64,000 bases of DNA from the human T2T-CHM13v2.0 reference genome, Homo sapiens. Each line of letters starts with the position of its first letter. Position 1 is the first letter of the stretch. A model generated the notes under the pieces. The model made no database searches and was not told where the DNA came from. It worked only from the letters and a program-made list of their open reading frames with translations. A program made the translations under genes and the position numbers. Location of the stretch: NCBI RefSeq assembly GCF_009914755.1, contig NC_060925.1; one strand, written 5' to 3'. Below are positions 1-20,946 of the stretch, piece by piece.

Positions 1-14
1 GCAGCAGCAGCTAA

Positions 15-212
15 CAATAACTGGGCATTTCTTATGTTCCAGGCAGTGTTCTAAGCACTGTTCCTAGGTGAACTAATGTAATCATCCTAATAGTCTTATA
101 TAGATGGTATTATTATGACTACCATTTCAGGCAAGGAGACAGAGGCATAGAGAGTTTTAAAAATTTGCCCAAGGTCACACAACTAGGGAAGAGTTGAAAT
201 TTGAACTTAGAT
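15..212 (-). mobile_element. MIR SINE fragment
   Basis: acagaggcatagagag...ttgcccaaggtcacacaact MIR core, in reverse. Confidence 0.6.
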
Positions 213-410
213 CTGTGCTAGCTAATATGGTGGCCACTAGACACATGTGGTTATTAAAATTAAAATTAACATTAATTAAAATAAAATAAAAAATCAGTTC
301 TTTAGTTTCGCTAGCCACATTTTAAGTGCTCTGAAGCCACATTCAGCTATAGGCCACCATATTGGACAATGCAAAAATACAACATTTTCATCATGATGGA
401 AAGTTCTCTA
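213..410. mobile_element. MER3/MER33-like hAT-Charlie DNA transposon remnant
   Basis: gccactagacacatgtggttattaaaattaaaatt...ctagccacattt...attggacaatgca. Confidence 0.6.
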
Positions 411-928
411 AAGTACTGATAGATAGCTTTGAGTAAACACAGGTCTTTGGGCCAGCCCTTGGAGATTCTATCTCATTAGGTCTTGAATGGGGCTCAGAAC
501 CTTGGACTAGAACATCCCACAGAGGGATGGTGCCAAGAGGCTGGATTTGAATCAGAAAGCTTAGGCTCAGTACAGGTCTGCTATTTACTGCAAAGCCACT
601 GGCCTGAGAAATTTACCTTTTAACTCTTCAAACCTCAGTTTCCAAGTCTATTGCACGACAAGATAAATGGAAGTCATAAAACCTCTCATTAGGTCCTTTG
701 GCATTGCTCTACATACTTCACAAAGAGGATTTTTAGCAGGGTAGCTCGTGGCTATCCAAGTATTAGTGTTAGTTATGGGGACAGGGACCTAGGATTCATA
801 CCCACTTTTGTTTGACTCTTTCCCATAATCATTTTTTTTTTTTGTCTTGGCAGGGCTTCACCTGTGTGGAATCTGTAGGACCCACAAGCAGCTAGAGAAT
901 CATTTGGAGGCTCTGGAAGCCTGCTTAC

Positions 929-1098
929 CTCATAGGTGTTTCTTCCTTGTTGGTAATTACCAGGGTTTGTTTGTATGGGGGCATCCCAGCTTGATAGATA
1001 AAGCAGGTCCCAAAGTTGTAGCTGGTGAAGGAGAAATGGATAGCCGGGCTCACAGCACAGCCTGAGATGTTGCACATAAATGTTGGACCATGGCTGAT
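929..1098 (-). CDS. HYDIN2: HYDIN-like exon X (~ex76), 170 nt: ISHGPTFMCNISGCAVSPAIHFSF...NKEETPM
   Basis: ctcacag|ATC ... ATGAG|gtaagc; phase 0->2. The ORF track does not show this frame. Confidence 0.9.
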
Positions 1099-2378
1099 CT
1101 GTGAGGAGGAAATGGCAGGGGGACCATGATTAGGAGAAGTAGGAGGAGAGGGCTCTTAAGTCCTCAGGTGAAGTAGGAAAGCAGTTGGTGCTTTAACAAG
1201 TACAGGTCTCAGGGTGCCATTTCCAGAGATTCCAATTCAGTAGGTTAGAAGTTTGTGTATTGAAGAAAAGTTCCTCTGTAATCAGGCCCTACATTGCCTC
1301 CCACTTTGCTCTTGCAGCAATGATTCAGCTTGAAGGCTCAGGGGTATACCAGGCACTGCTAGTTACTACCCAATATCCGCTCCCTATGGCTTCCTTCCTA
1401 GCAGGACTCTGATTGGATGCCCATGTGCCTAGGCGCAAATGCTTCATTTTACACCTTCCTTTGAAGCTCAGGATGGCCATCAGACATAGTTCCAGTCATT
1501 GAGATGTAAACAGAAGAGGACAAGAGGGTGTTCTATCTTGAATAAAGAGGCTAAGCCTTTCTGGGGAAGTTCTTTGCCTTCACACTCTTCCCCTTTCTTT
1601 TCACTCTGGAATGCAGACATAGGATGTCAGGTAGAATGGTCATCTTGTGACCAGGAGATGACAAGAAGGAGAACAAGGCTAATATGCCAAGGATGAAAGA
1701 GTGGAAAGATGGAAAGAGCACAGGTCATCATCTGGACTCTCAATCACAAGGTAATATGTGACTCATTGGTACATGAAGTTAATTTGCTCTTCACAAACTC
1801 CTCATAATGTGAATTTTCACAAATTGGTAATTGATTTCAAATAAATTATCTATTATTCATTCTAAGCATCATTAGAATAAACATTATTAGAATAAACAGT
1901 AGAATAAACATTCATTTTAAACATTATTAGAATAAGTCAGCAGTCATTGGTACAAGCTATCATAAACAACTTTATACATTTAAAAACATTTTCTTATTCA
2001 AAGCTTTTATTTTTCTTTTCTTTCAACTTTTAAGTTCAGGGGTACATGTGCAGGATATGCAGATTTGTTACATAGATAAATGTCCAAGGCTTTTAAAGTG
2101 TTTACATTTTGTGGCTGATTCAATGAAAAGGATGTAAATTTATCATCTTCAACTCTTCTGCCAACCAGAGTAGAAAGATCTTGTAACATGTTACGTTTCT
2201 GTTTGCTCTAAGAAATGCAAGTTCTGAAAAAGTTCTCAAAAGGAATAGGTCCCTTCTGAAGCCACAAACCGGGCTTTTCTCAGAGAAGATGGCTGCAACT
2301 TTGCTGCTGAGTTTCAGGCCAAGAAAACAGTGGAGCTTCCCGAACTCTCAATGACCAGTGATGCACCTTGGATTTTTT

Positions 2379-2799
2379 CATGGCTTGAATGTTTGTCTCC
2401 TCCAAAACTCATGCTGAAATTTAATTGCCATTGTGATGGTATTGGGAAGTGGGACTTTTAAGAAGTGATTGGTCATGAGGGCTCGCCCTCATGAATGGAC
2501 TAATGCCATCACCGTAGGAGTGCGTTTGCTATGGCAGGAATAAGTTCACTCCTTCTTGCTCTCTCTCTCTGTCTCTCTTCCTCCTGCCCCACCCCCGACC
2601 TTTCTTCCCGTAACCATTGCCCTTTCATCATGTGATGCCATCTGCCATGTTACGATGCAGCCATAAGGCCCTGACCAGATGCTGGCAACTTGATATTGAA
2701 CTTCCCAGGGTCCAGAACCATGAGCCTAAACATTTCTATTCATTATAAATTACCCAGTCTCAGGTATTCTGTTATAGAAGCACAAAACAGATGAAGACA
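2379..2799 (+). mobile_element. MST-type MaLR solo LTR (MSTC/D-like)
   Basis: tggcttgaatgtttgtctcctccaaaactcatg...ataaattacccagtctcaggtattctgttata...gaagaca. Confidence 0.75.
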
Positions 2800-2887
2800 G
2801 GTTCCAGTGGTTTTACACCCATCTTTCTATCAATCACCTTCTTCCTGAGGATTTGATAAAGATGATGTGTTAGGCTGGGCATCCCAA

Positions 2888-3846
2888 ATTTCTTTCCATT
2901 GTGGTTGAAGAACATACTTTGCATGATTTCAATCCTTTTAATTTATTGAGGTATGTTTTATGGCCTAATATCTGGTCAATCCTGGACAATGTTCCATGTT
3001 CACTTGAAAAGAATGTCTATTCTCCTGCTGTTAGATGAAATGTTCTGTATATGTCTGTTAGGCCTAGAGCTTTCATAGTGCTATTCAAGTCTTCTTATTT
3101 CCTTGCTGACCTTCTGTCTAGTTATATCTATTGTTTAAAACTAGGTACTGAAATCTCCAACTATGATTGTTGGTTTATTTCTTCCTTCAATTCTGTCAGT
3201 TTTGTTTCATGTATTTTGGGACTCTGTCGTTACATGCATGTTTATAATTGCTATGTCTTCTTGATGGAGTGATTCTTTTATCATTATAAAATATCTTTAT
3301 CTCTAGGAATAATTTTCAATCATTGAAAAATGTCTTTATCTATCGCTAGGAATAGTTTTTGTCTGTAAGTCTATTTTGCTTGACATTAGCATAGGTACCC
3401 TAGCTCTTGTTGGTTACTATTTAAATGCTATATCTTTTTCTATCCTTTTACTTTAAATCTATTTGTGTCTTTGAATCCAAAGTGAGTCTCTTGTAGACAG
3501 CACATAGTTGGATCATGATTTTTCCCATTATTCTGCCAATTTTTATCTTTCTATTGAAGGGTTTAACTCATTTAAATTTAATGTAATTACTGATAAGGTA
3601 AAATTTATGTCTTTTTTCTATTTGCTTTCTATATATCATGTCTTTTTAAACAAATTACTAGTCAATTATGTCTTTTTTATTCTTCTATTCCTCCATCACT
3701 GCCTTCTTTTGTGTTAAGTAGATATTTTCTAGTGTACCATTTAAATTCCCTTGCCATTTGTTTTACTATATTCTTTTGAGTTGTTGTATTAGTGGTTGCA
3801 AGGAAGATTACAATTAACATCTACATTTAAAACAATCTAGTTTGAG
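2888..3846 (-). mobile_element. Old L1M fragment (host of the young L1), left part
   Basis: Degenerate L1 ORF2 5'/endonuclease-like sequence (e.g. cacttgaaaagaatgtctattct); continues after the TSD at 8033. Confidence 0.65.
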
Positions 3847-3865
3847 TTAATAACAACTTAATTTC

Positions 3866-8015
<4,150 letters not shown>

Positions 8016-8032
8016 AATAACAACTTAATTTC

Positions 8033-10300
8033 AATAATAGGCAAAACTTTTGCTCTTATATAGCTCTGTTACTTCCTCTTTCTTTGTGCTATTACCACAC
8101 AAATTGCATCTTTATATAAGGCCCACTAATACAGATTTATAGTTATTGCTATATGCAGTTGTCTTTTAAATCAGATAGAAAAAGTTATAAATAAAAATAC
8201 ATTTATACTGATTTTATATAACCTATGCAGTTACCTTTACTGGTGATCTATATTTCTTCATGTGGATTTGAGTTATCCTTTAGTGTCCTTTCATTTCAGT
8301 CTGAAGGATTCCCTTTATTACTTCTTGTAGGCCAGTCTGTTAGTGATGAATTCTTTCAGGTTTTATTTATCTGAGAGTGTCCTGGTCTATCCTTCATTTT
8401 TAAATTGTTCCCCAAAATCGGCAGAATAATGGGAACTATTTAGAAATAGTTTTACTAGATATAAAATTCCTTGTTGATAATTTTTTTTTTCAGCACGTTG
8501 AATATGTCATCACACTGTCTTCAGGCCTCCGAAGTTTCTAATGAGAAACCAGCCATTAATCCTTCTGCCTTCCAGATGATCTGTCTTTGTATTTCAACAG
8601 TTTGGTAATGATGTGTCTAGGTGTGGATTTTTTTGAGTTTATCCTACTCAGAATTCAGCTTTCTGGATATTTAATTGTTTTCATTAAATTTGGGAAGTTT
8701 TAGGGTGTTCTTTCTTGAAATATTCTTTCTCTTATTTTCTCTCTTCTCTCCTTCTGAGATTCCCATTACATGTATTTTGCTATGCTTGATAATCTCTTAT
8801 GGGAATCTGAACTTCTGTTCATTTTTCTTCATTCTTTTTCCTTTTTGTTCTTCATATTGGATAATCTCAATTGCTCCATCTTCAAGTTTGCTGATTTTTT
8901 CTTTTTCTTTTCAACAATTTTATCCCATCTGCCACAGCTGATTTTCTTTTACCATAACAAATCTGCTATTGAGCCCCTGTTGTGAAATTTTTCATTTCAG
9001 CTATTATGTTTTTCAACTCCAAAATGTATATTTTTATAATTTCTATATCTTTATTGATATTCTCTATTTGGTGAGACATTGTTCTCATACTTTGCTTTAG
9101 TTATCTAGACATGGTGTCCTATAGTTCTTTGAACATATTTTAAATAGATGGTTTCAAGTATTTGTCTATTAAGTCCAACATCTGGGCTCCCTCAGAGACA
9201 ATTTCTATTCATTGCTTTTTTCCCCGTATATGAGTTATATGTTCTTGTATCTTTTCATGGCTCATATTTTTTTAGTCAGAAACTGGAGATTTAAAATAAT
9301 AAATGTGGCAACTGTGAAAATCAGATCCTCCCTCCCCCAGGGTTGGTTACTGTTGTTACTCTTAGTTTGTTTAGTAACTTTTTCAGTAAAGTCTATATTC
9401 TTATTTATGCATGGCCAATAAAGTTTCTGCTCAGTTAGTTTAATGGTCAGCTTATGATTGAACAGAGATTCCCTTAAATGCCTGGAACCAATAAGTCTCC
9501 CAGCTTTTGCTGAGGGGCTGTGTGTGTGTGGCAGGACATGCCTTTGACACTCAGGCAGGCAGTTGCCAATTCTGCTTTATCTTTCCTGGGACCCAAAGGT
9601 TAGTCAGAGGTAAGAGCTTAGGGCCTTCTCAGGTCTTTCCTGAGCAGTAACAGCCTGGAGGTATACACATCTTACACATGCATGGCTGTCTAGATTCCAG
9701 GGAATATGCTGAAGCTTTTCAGAGCCCCCCATGAATATCTTCTTCCCAGTCTCTCCTTTTAAATTTTTAAATGAACTTCTTGTTTGCTCCTAAGGTCAAT
9801 GCTCCCTCAGTCAGCTGCAGTGTTAAACAATTACAACTGATTGTTTTTGAGCAAGCCTGGAGTCAGGTCAAATAAAAGCTATCCCTATGAGGGGGGGTTT
9901 CACTGAACTTCTAGACAGGTCAAATAGTGACAACTCTTTTAGAATGGGGGCTTTTGGGGAGTTGCAATCTGTTCTACCTCCTCCAGGGTCTGATTGATTG
10001 CTGACTTTCACTTTGATTGCCAAATTGTTGGTTTTCAAGGCTACTGCAGAGCTGGGATGAGGGAGGAGGGAGAGAATAGGGCAAGTCAAAATACCACAAA
10101 GCTCACTGCCTTTATGGGTATTCAGCCATTTTTCTTGAATAAATACTCCGAGAATTGTTGCAAGCCTATTATTAATTTTCAGAGTTCTGAAAAAGTTGAT
10201 TTCGAAAATTTTTTCCAGTGGTCTCATTGCTATTGAAAAGCAGCATTTTGGATGTCCTTCTCTGCCATTCCTGCTGACATCACCATTCTTTTTTTTTTTT
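8033..10300 (-). mobile_element. Old L1M fragment (ORF1/5' region), right part
   Basis: T-rich degenerate L1 sequence continuous with 2888-3846; boundaries approximate. Confidence 0.6.
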
Positions 10301-10603
10301 TCATTCAATAATTCATCTTAGAAAACATTGTACATATTCTTTCCCTGCCCCATCTATCACTTTTATTTATTTTAGTGGGTGAATGTATTGCAATATAATT
10401 GCTTTTCAATCCACACTTACTCCCCAGGCACCTAACCATTGTTGAAGCCTTTGTACTAGACATTGTGAGGCTGTGTCCAACACAGCTACCCTCTAGGAGC
10501 TTCTGGACACATGGAGAAGACAAAGAACACACAGGAGAATTAACTTGCCAAGGCAGCATGCTGAGAGTACTTTTGGAGTTTGGACAATGTTAAATGGACT
10601 CAC

Positions 10604-10825
10604 CTTGATTATGAGTTCCAGGTCTGTCAAGACACACTTCTTTAATGGTTGAAAAGACAGGGTGGCATGTACACTCTGTCCTACATCCACAGTGCTGTCG
10701 ATGGGTGAAAATTCCAAGTACTGCAGCAAGGTTTTGGAGCCACACAGCTGTGCCTGGAAGCTGAAGGTGAACTTTCCAGTGTTGATAAAGTTGAATTCAC
10801 ACTGGACACATTCATTTAACTCCAC
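10604..10825 (-). CDS. HYDIN2: HYDIN-like exon W (~ex75), 222 nt: VELNECVQCEFNFINTG...LELIIK
   Basis: tcctag|GTG ... AAG|gtgagt; phase 0->0. Confidence 0.9.
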
Positions 10826-11324
10826 CTAGGAGACAGAGAACAGAGCAGTGAATGCAAACCATAGTTCCCTTGTCTGGGGTCAGCATTTGTAACATGTTGA
10901 TGAAAAATATCCTTTGGGAAATAAGGATGGCAGATGATGTTGGTGATTTGACTATCTTTAGCTTAATGGAGTCAGATATTCCAGCAGGAGCTACTAAGTA
11001 TTGGGGTTCTTTCAATATCTCATGGAGCAAAGTGGCAATTTAGTTCTTAGTCCTTTGTTGGTAGTCAAATATCCTTCCTGTATGTTTAACACAAGCACTC
11101 TTTCTTCTCCCCACCATCTCTCCACCCCCCCTGAAAATAAAATAAGAAAAGCATTCACATCATATCTACATACATTCTGGGGATAGAGCTGCTCTTGGAG
11201 TGTTTCTGTTTTCCTGGTCTCTCTGGCATTTGAAGCAGAAAGACTCAGCTCATATTCATTTTTACTACTTTCCCCAGTCAGAATGGAAGCTGAGATAGAT
11301 AGCAAGGTCTTCTTACACCTTTAC

Positions 11325-11532
11325 CTCATAGAAGTTGATGATGTTAGTCTGGTTGGGAGTCAACAGAGTGATGGAGCCTGTCCTGTCCTTGCACTTGATC
11401 TCCACATTCATAGTGTAGCCCTCGGCCTTGACATTTAATGTCACAGGGTGGACTTTCTTTTCCACATTGCAGATCAAATTAAAGTTCACATCTCCTTGCT
11501 GCTTTGGAGTGAAGAAAATATCAATTGGGAAC
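11325..11532 (-). CDS. HYDIN2: HYDIN-like exon V (~ex74), 208 nt: RFPIDIFFTPKQQGDV...NIINFYE
   Basis: aaccag|G ... GAG|gtaaag; phase 2->0. Confidence 0.9.
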
Positions 11533-11639
11533 CTGGTTGGGGAACAAAACAGCAGATTACCTGACTAGGCCAACTTGTCAAAACCTTAAAAAATATGAGC
11601 CTACTGAATTAGCAGATTCATTACGAGGAAAAGGAAACT

Positions 11640-13145
11640 CCAAATTATGATGACATTTTAAGATTTGTGGCTATAGTAACCAAAACAGCGTGGTACTGGC
11701 ATAAAAACAGACACACAGACTAATGGAAAAAGATAGAGATCCCAGAAATAAAGTCACACACCTACAATCATCTGATCTTTGAAAAAGTCAACAAAAATAA
11801 GCAATGAGGAAAGGATTCCCTATTCAATAAATGATGCTGGGATAGCTGGCTAGCCATAAGCCAGAAGAATAAAATAAGACCCTTACTTTTCACCATATAC
11901 AAATATTAACTCAAGATGGATCAAAGATTTAAATGTAAGACCTCAAACTATACGAAAACTAGAAGAAAACGTAGAAAACACCATTGTAGACATCAGCCTT
12001 GGGAAAGAATTTATGAATGAGTCTTCAAAAGCACTTGCAATAAAAACAAAAATCGACAAGTGGGACCCAATCAATCCTGCAAAAAAAAAAAAAAAAAAAA
12101 AAAGAGTAAGAAAGGAAAAAAGCTGCTGCATAGCAAAAGAAACTACAAACAGAGAAAAAATGCAACCTACAGAATGGGAGGAATTATTCAGAAACTATGC
12201 ATCTGACACAGGTCTAATATCCAGAATCTCTAAAGAACTTAAACAATTGAAGAAGCAAAAAACAAGTAACGCCATTAAAAAATGGGCAAAAGACATGAAT
12301 AGACACTTCTCAAAAGGAAACAGAAAAGTGGCCAACAAACATATAAAGAAATGCTTCACATTACTAATCATCAGAGAAATGCAAGTCAAAACCACAATGA
12401 GATAACATCTCACACCAGTCAGAATGGCTATGATTAAGAAATAAAAAACAACAGATCCTGGCGAGGCTGCAGAGAAAAGGGAACACTTATACACTATTGG
12501 TGGGAATGTAAACTCGTTCTGCCACTGTGGAAAGCAGTTTGGAGATTTCTCTAAGAACTTAAAACAGAACTATCATTCAACACAGCAATCTCTTTACAAA
12601 AAACAAAGCAATCTCATAAAAAACAAAACAAAACAAAACAAAAAAGCCAAAAAACCCAAAGTCATTCTACCAAAAAGACAACATGCACTCTCATGTTCAT
12701 TGCAGCACTATTCACAATAGCAAAGACATGGAATCAATCTAGGTGCCTATCAACTGTAGACTGGATAAAGAAAGTGTGGTACATATACACCGTAGAATAC
12801 TACACAGCCACAAAAAGAATGAGGTAATTCTTTGCTGCAACATGGATGCAGCTGGAGGCCATTATCCTAAGCAAATTAATGCAGGAACAGAAAGTGAAAT
12901 ACCTCATGTTCTTATTTATAAGTTGCAGCTAAACATCAGGTACACATGGACGTAAAGATGGCAACAAAAGAAGCTGGGGATTACTAGGGGGAGGGGAGGA
13001 AGGGAGGCAAGAGTTGAAAAACTAACGATTGGGTACTAAGCTCAGTACCTGGGTGATGGGACCATGTGTACCCCAAACCTATACAGTAAATCCAGTAGCA
13101 AACCTGCATGCATATCCCTTGAAACTAAAATAAAAGTTGAAAAAA
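11640..13145 (+). mobile_element. L1PB-like 3' end (degenerate ORF2 C-terminus, 3' UTR)
   Basis: ORF 12013..12405 resembles L1 ORF2 ([13 protein letters not shown]); ends in aaataaaagttgaaaaaa. Confidence 0.8.
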
Positions 13146-13149
13146 CCCC

Positions 13150-15125
<1,976 letters not shown>

Positions 15126-15127
15126 TA

Positions 15128-15693
<566 letters not shown>

Positions 15694-16006
15694 TAAATGT
15701 TTAATTGAAAAAGAGACTTGCCAGGCAAGCCTGAACATTGCACTGTGGATTCACATATACAGTGAATATAGCAAGGAAAAGAATACAAAGAGAAAATATT
15801 GAGATAAAGGGCTTAGAATTCTCAATGCTCCATATTCATCAGGAAAACAGATATCAGGGAGTAAGTAGGATGGAGATGGAATTGTTATGATCTAATCTTA
15901 GAGTTGAAAGCAATTATATAAATGGGGCACTGTAAGCACTGGCAGGCTTGGGGTCCTGGGCATGTCAGGAGGATGCAAACAAAATGAGACCTTCATTTTT
16001 GTTTAC

Positions 16007-16154
16007 CTGGACAGTGGTGGGATCCAGCCTTCCATGGGACATACAAGCAGGCTGTTGCTGAAACCTTCAGAATAGCGGGAGTTGTCCTGGAAGGAAAAAT
16101 CGAACCCCTGCTCCTCCTTGTTGATGATCTGCACAGTCTCCCTGGCTTCTCTGC
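16007..16154 (-). CDS. HYDIN2: HYDIN-like exon U (~ex73), 148 nt: GREARETVQIINKEE...GWIPPLS
   Basis: cctcag|GC ... CCAG|gtaaac; phase 1->2. Confidence 0.9.
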
Positions 16155-18583
16155 CTGAGGAGGAAACACCAGCCCTTAGTGGGGGCCTCCTGACTGCCTG
16201 CTGGAGTCTCTCAGCAGACACCGCTTCACAGGCAAGACATTTAGAAGACATTCCCCAACCTCTTCCGCCTTTGTCTACCTCTCTTCTTTCCTTTTCCTCT
16301 ACAAGTCACCTTCCTTCTTTCGGGGATTCCATGTCTTTCTTCATCAGTTGCCTGCTTCTGCTGAGTGGCTCCTCTGCCCTGGCCACAGCTCTCCTGGGAT
16401 TCTGGTGACACCGTTTTCTTCCCTTGCTCCTTTAGACCCAAGAATTGTAATGCCTTCCTGAATTTGTTAATGGGGGCTTCACTCTCCTTGGTTGACCCCC
16501 TTAACTGCCCATGTATCTGTAAATAATTCTTGCATCGAATTCTTTGAAAATAGACCTTTGGTATTGGCATGAGTTTCCTGCCCAGGGCTCTGACTAATAC
16601 ATTTTCTCTCACTATCATCTTACGCTTTCCTCTTGGCTATTAGACCATTCATTTTCCCACATAAACTTTAGAATCATTTTATCCAGTTCTCTCCCCTTCC
16701 AATTCTTTTGGGATTTGGTTGACAGATTTAGCAAATAATTTTTTGGTATAAATATGTCCCGAGCAATATTTGGACTTACTCAGAATTATTAATTGCTATT
16801 TGAAATTAAAATTTATGCATCCTGTATTTTATCTGGCAACCCTAGTTGGGATTCTAATTGGAACTTGATTAAATTTGCATTTAATTTTAGGAGAACTAAC
16901 AAATGATCAGATCTTGTTTGGGGGATTTTAATCAGATTTGATAGTTTTCTTCATGTAGGTCTTTTTTGTGCATGTCTTATTACATTTATCCTTAGCTATT
17001 TTATAGGTTTTGCCAGTACCAAGTGGATGTTTTCTTTGGTTTTCTGTTTCTAGGTGCTAGTGCTAAAAAAGAAGACACTATTTTTGCACATTTGTCTTGC
17101 ATCTGCCCACCTTACCACATTATTCTGTTGAGTCTAGTAGTTTGTTTTGCTTTTTCTCTAGAGTCTCTTGTGGTTTTATGTGTACAAAATCATCAGTAAA
17201 AGCAAAACAAGATGACTTTATCCCTTTTTCCCCAATGTTTATGCAAATTATTTAATTTTCTTGTTTTGTCATATTTGCTAAAGTCTCTAAGCAAGTGTTC
17301 AATAATAAGGGTGATAATGAACACCCTTACCTAATTCCTCATTTTAATTGAAGCAGTTTTAGTCATTTATTGCAGGATCATATCTGCCTCTTGATTTTGG
17401 TTAACCTTTTTTTCCATCAATGTCCATTTTGCTATTAGAGTTTTTGTTGGGAATGTCTGCTAAATTTTGGCAATGCCTTTTCAGTGTATATTAACATGAT
17501 CACATGGTTGTTCTTCTTTAATCTATTGATGTAATGATTATATTCAAACGTACCACTGTTGAATTCCTGGATTAAACTCTGTCTCACTGTTGTTATTCTT
17601 ATGCTACATTGCTTATTTGTTCAAAATCTTAATAAATGCCATAATTCCCCCTCCCACCTAATTATATGTATCGGTAAAAATACACATCCAGCAGTTAACA
17701 CTGCTTTCCTTTGGAGTGGAAAGAGAAAGATGAGACAGGATGAATGTGGAGAGATTAAACTTTTTCTTATGCAACACCACATTGGTGGATTTACTATAAG
17801 AATATTATTTTACAAATACAAATCTAACATATTATTAAAACATACTCTGGCTTTAGTTGTATTTTATACACACAGCAGAGATGTCACAACCATGGGAAAG
17901 ATACATGGGGTTATAAGGGACATGACAATTACTTCGTTTCACCTTCCCACTGCCTCCTGGCCTTCCTTATTCTCCCTACCCTGCTGTCCTCTTCTCTAAA
18001 GCACTTATTACCATCTGACATGGTGTATAGTTTCCTTATGTTTCTTTTGGTAGCCTGTTTCTTATTTCTAGAATGTAAGCATCAGGAAGGTACGGACTTT
18101 GGGCTTTATCCATTAGCGTAATCCCAGCCCATAGAAAAGTACCGAGGGCATTCTACAGACTCAGTGATATTTGTTGAACCAAATAAATGCACGAAAGGAT
18201 GAGAGAGAAATCTGACCACTGTGGCACAGACCAAGAAGCATACAGATACCCCCCATAATCTGGGGGCAAATGCAGGAAGGATGGGCCAACTTGAGGCTCT
18301 AGAAATAAACAGTCAGCCCATGCCTTAAAGGAATCTGCCAAGTAGGATCTTTAACAAGGCTCCTAAATTTCCTTAAGCTATTAATTGTAGGTTTAAAAGA
18401 TACTTGGTGGAAATTAGATTGAGCAGTAAATATTTTGTGGCTTTTTAAAAACTGATTAAGACCCTCTGATATGCTTCTGGAAGGGACCAGGAGAGGTTTC
18501 TTATGCAAGGCTGCTCCCAGAGCTCTTGATGACCTTGCCCAGATCATGCCAACTCTAAATACATACCATCAGGACAGCCTTAC

Positions 18584-18749
18584 CAATGAGGAGAGAGCTG
18601 AAGTTGAGGTGTGACTTGTTCAGAGAGATGAGAGGTTCGGTAGTTTTGCCTACCAGCAGGAAAGGGACTGTGATGTTGTGCTCGGGAATTAGGAAGGTCC
18701 ATGATGACTCAGTGATGCCCAGATGGAAAGGTGTGAACTGGAACACGAT
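18584..18749 (-). CDS. HYDIN2: HYDIN-like exon T (~ex72), 166 nt: IVFQFTPFHLGITES...NFSSLLI
   Basis: tcttag|ATC ... TTG|gtaagg; phase 0->1. Confidence 0.9.
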
Positions 18750-19898
18750 CTAAGAAGACAATTTGGAACAGAGTGGTAAAAGACACTTCTGTATGCTTAC
18801 TCCACATGTCCCTGGAGACTTGTCAGCACGAGGGTCATGAGAGTTGATGTTACCAGGCTATTGCTACCTTTCTATAGTCCATGTAAGGGCATGTAGGTGT
18901 GGCTGTACCAGAAACGTCAATGTCTATCTGACCTGCCCACATGTCCTCCTAAGGGAGTCTCCCCCATCCACAGCTTCTGCTGGCTAAGCTGTCGTGTTTT
19001 GTGCCATGTCTTTGGATGGCATGGCTGTGCCATAGCTGACTGGACCAAAGAGTTGGTACCCATTCCAAGGAAAGACAATCCCCATACTTGTCAATAGCTG
19101 GGCACACAGCCAAAGACAATATGATTAGCCGGGCCAGCCAGATTTCTCCCTCAGAAGTTTGAAATTAGAAAATGAGTGGCCAGGCCAGCTGGCAGTGGAG
19201 CTGATGGTGAAAGGTACCATGCAGGTGAGCTGGGCCACGGCATGCCATAACCAACTAGCTAAGTGATATTACAAAGTAACTGAAGAATAAATCAATCAAT
19301 CAAGAGTGAAGAAACTGGTCAGTGGAGAGAGAATGGAGTAGATGGGAAGAGAGAAACAGGCAGTCCCAGGAGGAAAGTCCAACCTCAAAAGCTGCTCCTG
19401 GTTCTCTCTGTCTCTTTTTTGAGCTAACCTGAGTGAGTCTCTTTGCAATCAATCAACCAGGACTGAATGAAAGAATAACGGCATTTGGCCAAAAAAGAAC
19501 CACACAGGTTAACATGCATGGTCTATACCACTGCCAGGACAATGTGGGCAGGTGCTCTGGAGGTGTGTCACCTCAATGATATGACTGTCACTTAAAGACC
19601 AGCATGACTTTGGATGATGGATTTTGGAACTTGCCTCTTGGAACTGAGCTCACATTTGAAACATTTCTGGGCTGAAGCGGGGGCCATGATCCAGGTAGGA
19701 TTGTCTCTATGGTGGACCCAGCTCCTGGACCTTGTCACATTTAACTAGATGGCCTGGGTACTGACATTATGCAGAGGTCAAAACCAGGTGGAGAGTCTAC
19801 AAATATGTTTTGTTTGGTTTGGGAATTGTTAAAAAAAAAAAAAATTGAACTAGCTACCAGCATGTAAAATAGGGCTTCACATAGAACTTTGGAATTTT

Positions 19899-20200
19899 GG
19901 TCAGGCGCAGTGGCTCACACCTGTAATCCCAGCACTTTGGGAGGCCGAGACGGGCAGATCACGAGGTCAGGAGATTGAGACCATCCTGGCTAACACGGTG
20001 AAACACTGTCTCTACTAAAAATACAAAAAATTAGCTGGGCGTGGTGGCGGGCGCTTGTAGTCCCAGCTACTCGGAAGGCTGAGTCAGGAGAATAGCGTGA
20101 ACCCAGGAGGCGGAGCATGTAGTGAGCCGAGATCGCGCCACTGCACTCCAGCCTGGGGGACAGAGCAAGACTCTGTCTCAAAAACAAAAACAAAAAAAAG
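19899..20200 (+). mobile_element. AluY-like
   Basis: gatcacgaggtcaggagattgagaccatcctggctaacacggtg; TSD-like agaa(c/a)tttggaatttt. Confidence 0.9.
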
Positions 20201-20946
20201 AAATTTGGAATTTTGTCTTTTCCACAGTTTGGGTGAGTTGGCCCCCTTGGCCCCCGTTGTCTGCAAAGTGGTCATCTACCAGAGAAGCCCTGTGGCCAGT
20301 GGCCCTGGTACCCCGTATTATCCACAAATGTCTCCTTGGCCCACTCTATTCACTTGTGTGACCCTCCTGAGGGCACAGGAATTCATAATTTTTGTTTCAC
20401 GGATTTATTTCTGTCTTCAAGATTCTCTGCAACTGGCTGGACATGGGGCTCACAGATCCGTTTTGGCCAGCAAGTCTGTATTTCTTTAATTCTGCTCCAT
20501 ATCATTTGTGTAAACATTTAGGATGAAGCCATGGGACATGGCTCCACTCTACTTTGCCCTTTGCCTAACCAAGTGAAAACACATCGTGTCCTTTCACCAT
20601 TTTTGGTCCTTTTGACAAAGATAACTTTTTATGCTACTCTATGAGTCCTAGGGTCCCCAGGCATTGGTGTCCAGTTACCTTTTGCTGCTTAAATGTTCTC
20701 AGTTTTAAAAAATTGCAAGTATTAGAGCTCTCTGCTTCTCCATGGCTAGCCAAGAGAGCTCAGGTCTGTCTTGTCATCAGCATTGCCCAATGCATATGGC
20801 AGCCATTCACTAAATACTTGTTGATTGATGCACTACACCCTCAGGCAGTTCTTCCTAATTCCACTTACTGTCTATGGCACACTTTCTACACAGCAATGGC
20901 TAGAGTGATCTAAGCCTTGGGTTGAGTGGTTCTCATCTGCACATAC

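Noticed and set aside
773-1075. 100-aa minus-strand ORF and 72-aa plus-strand ORF
   Set aside because: Off-frame or antisense shadows of the real HYDIN exon at 929-1098.
1870-1936. Short tandem tagaataaaca repeats (also small duplications near 37684, 59765 and 63382)
   Set aside because: Ordinary slippage-type micro-duplications in AT-rich or repeat DNA, with no sign of function.
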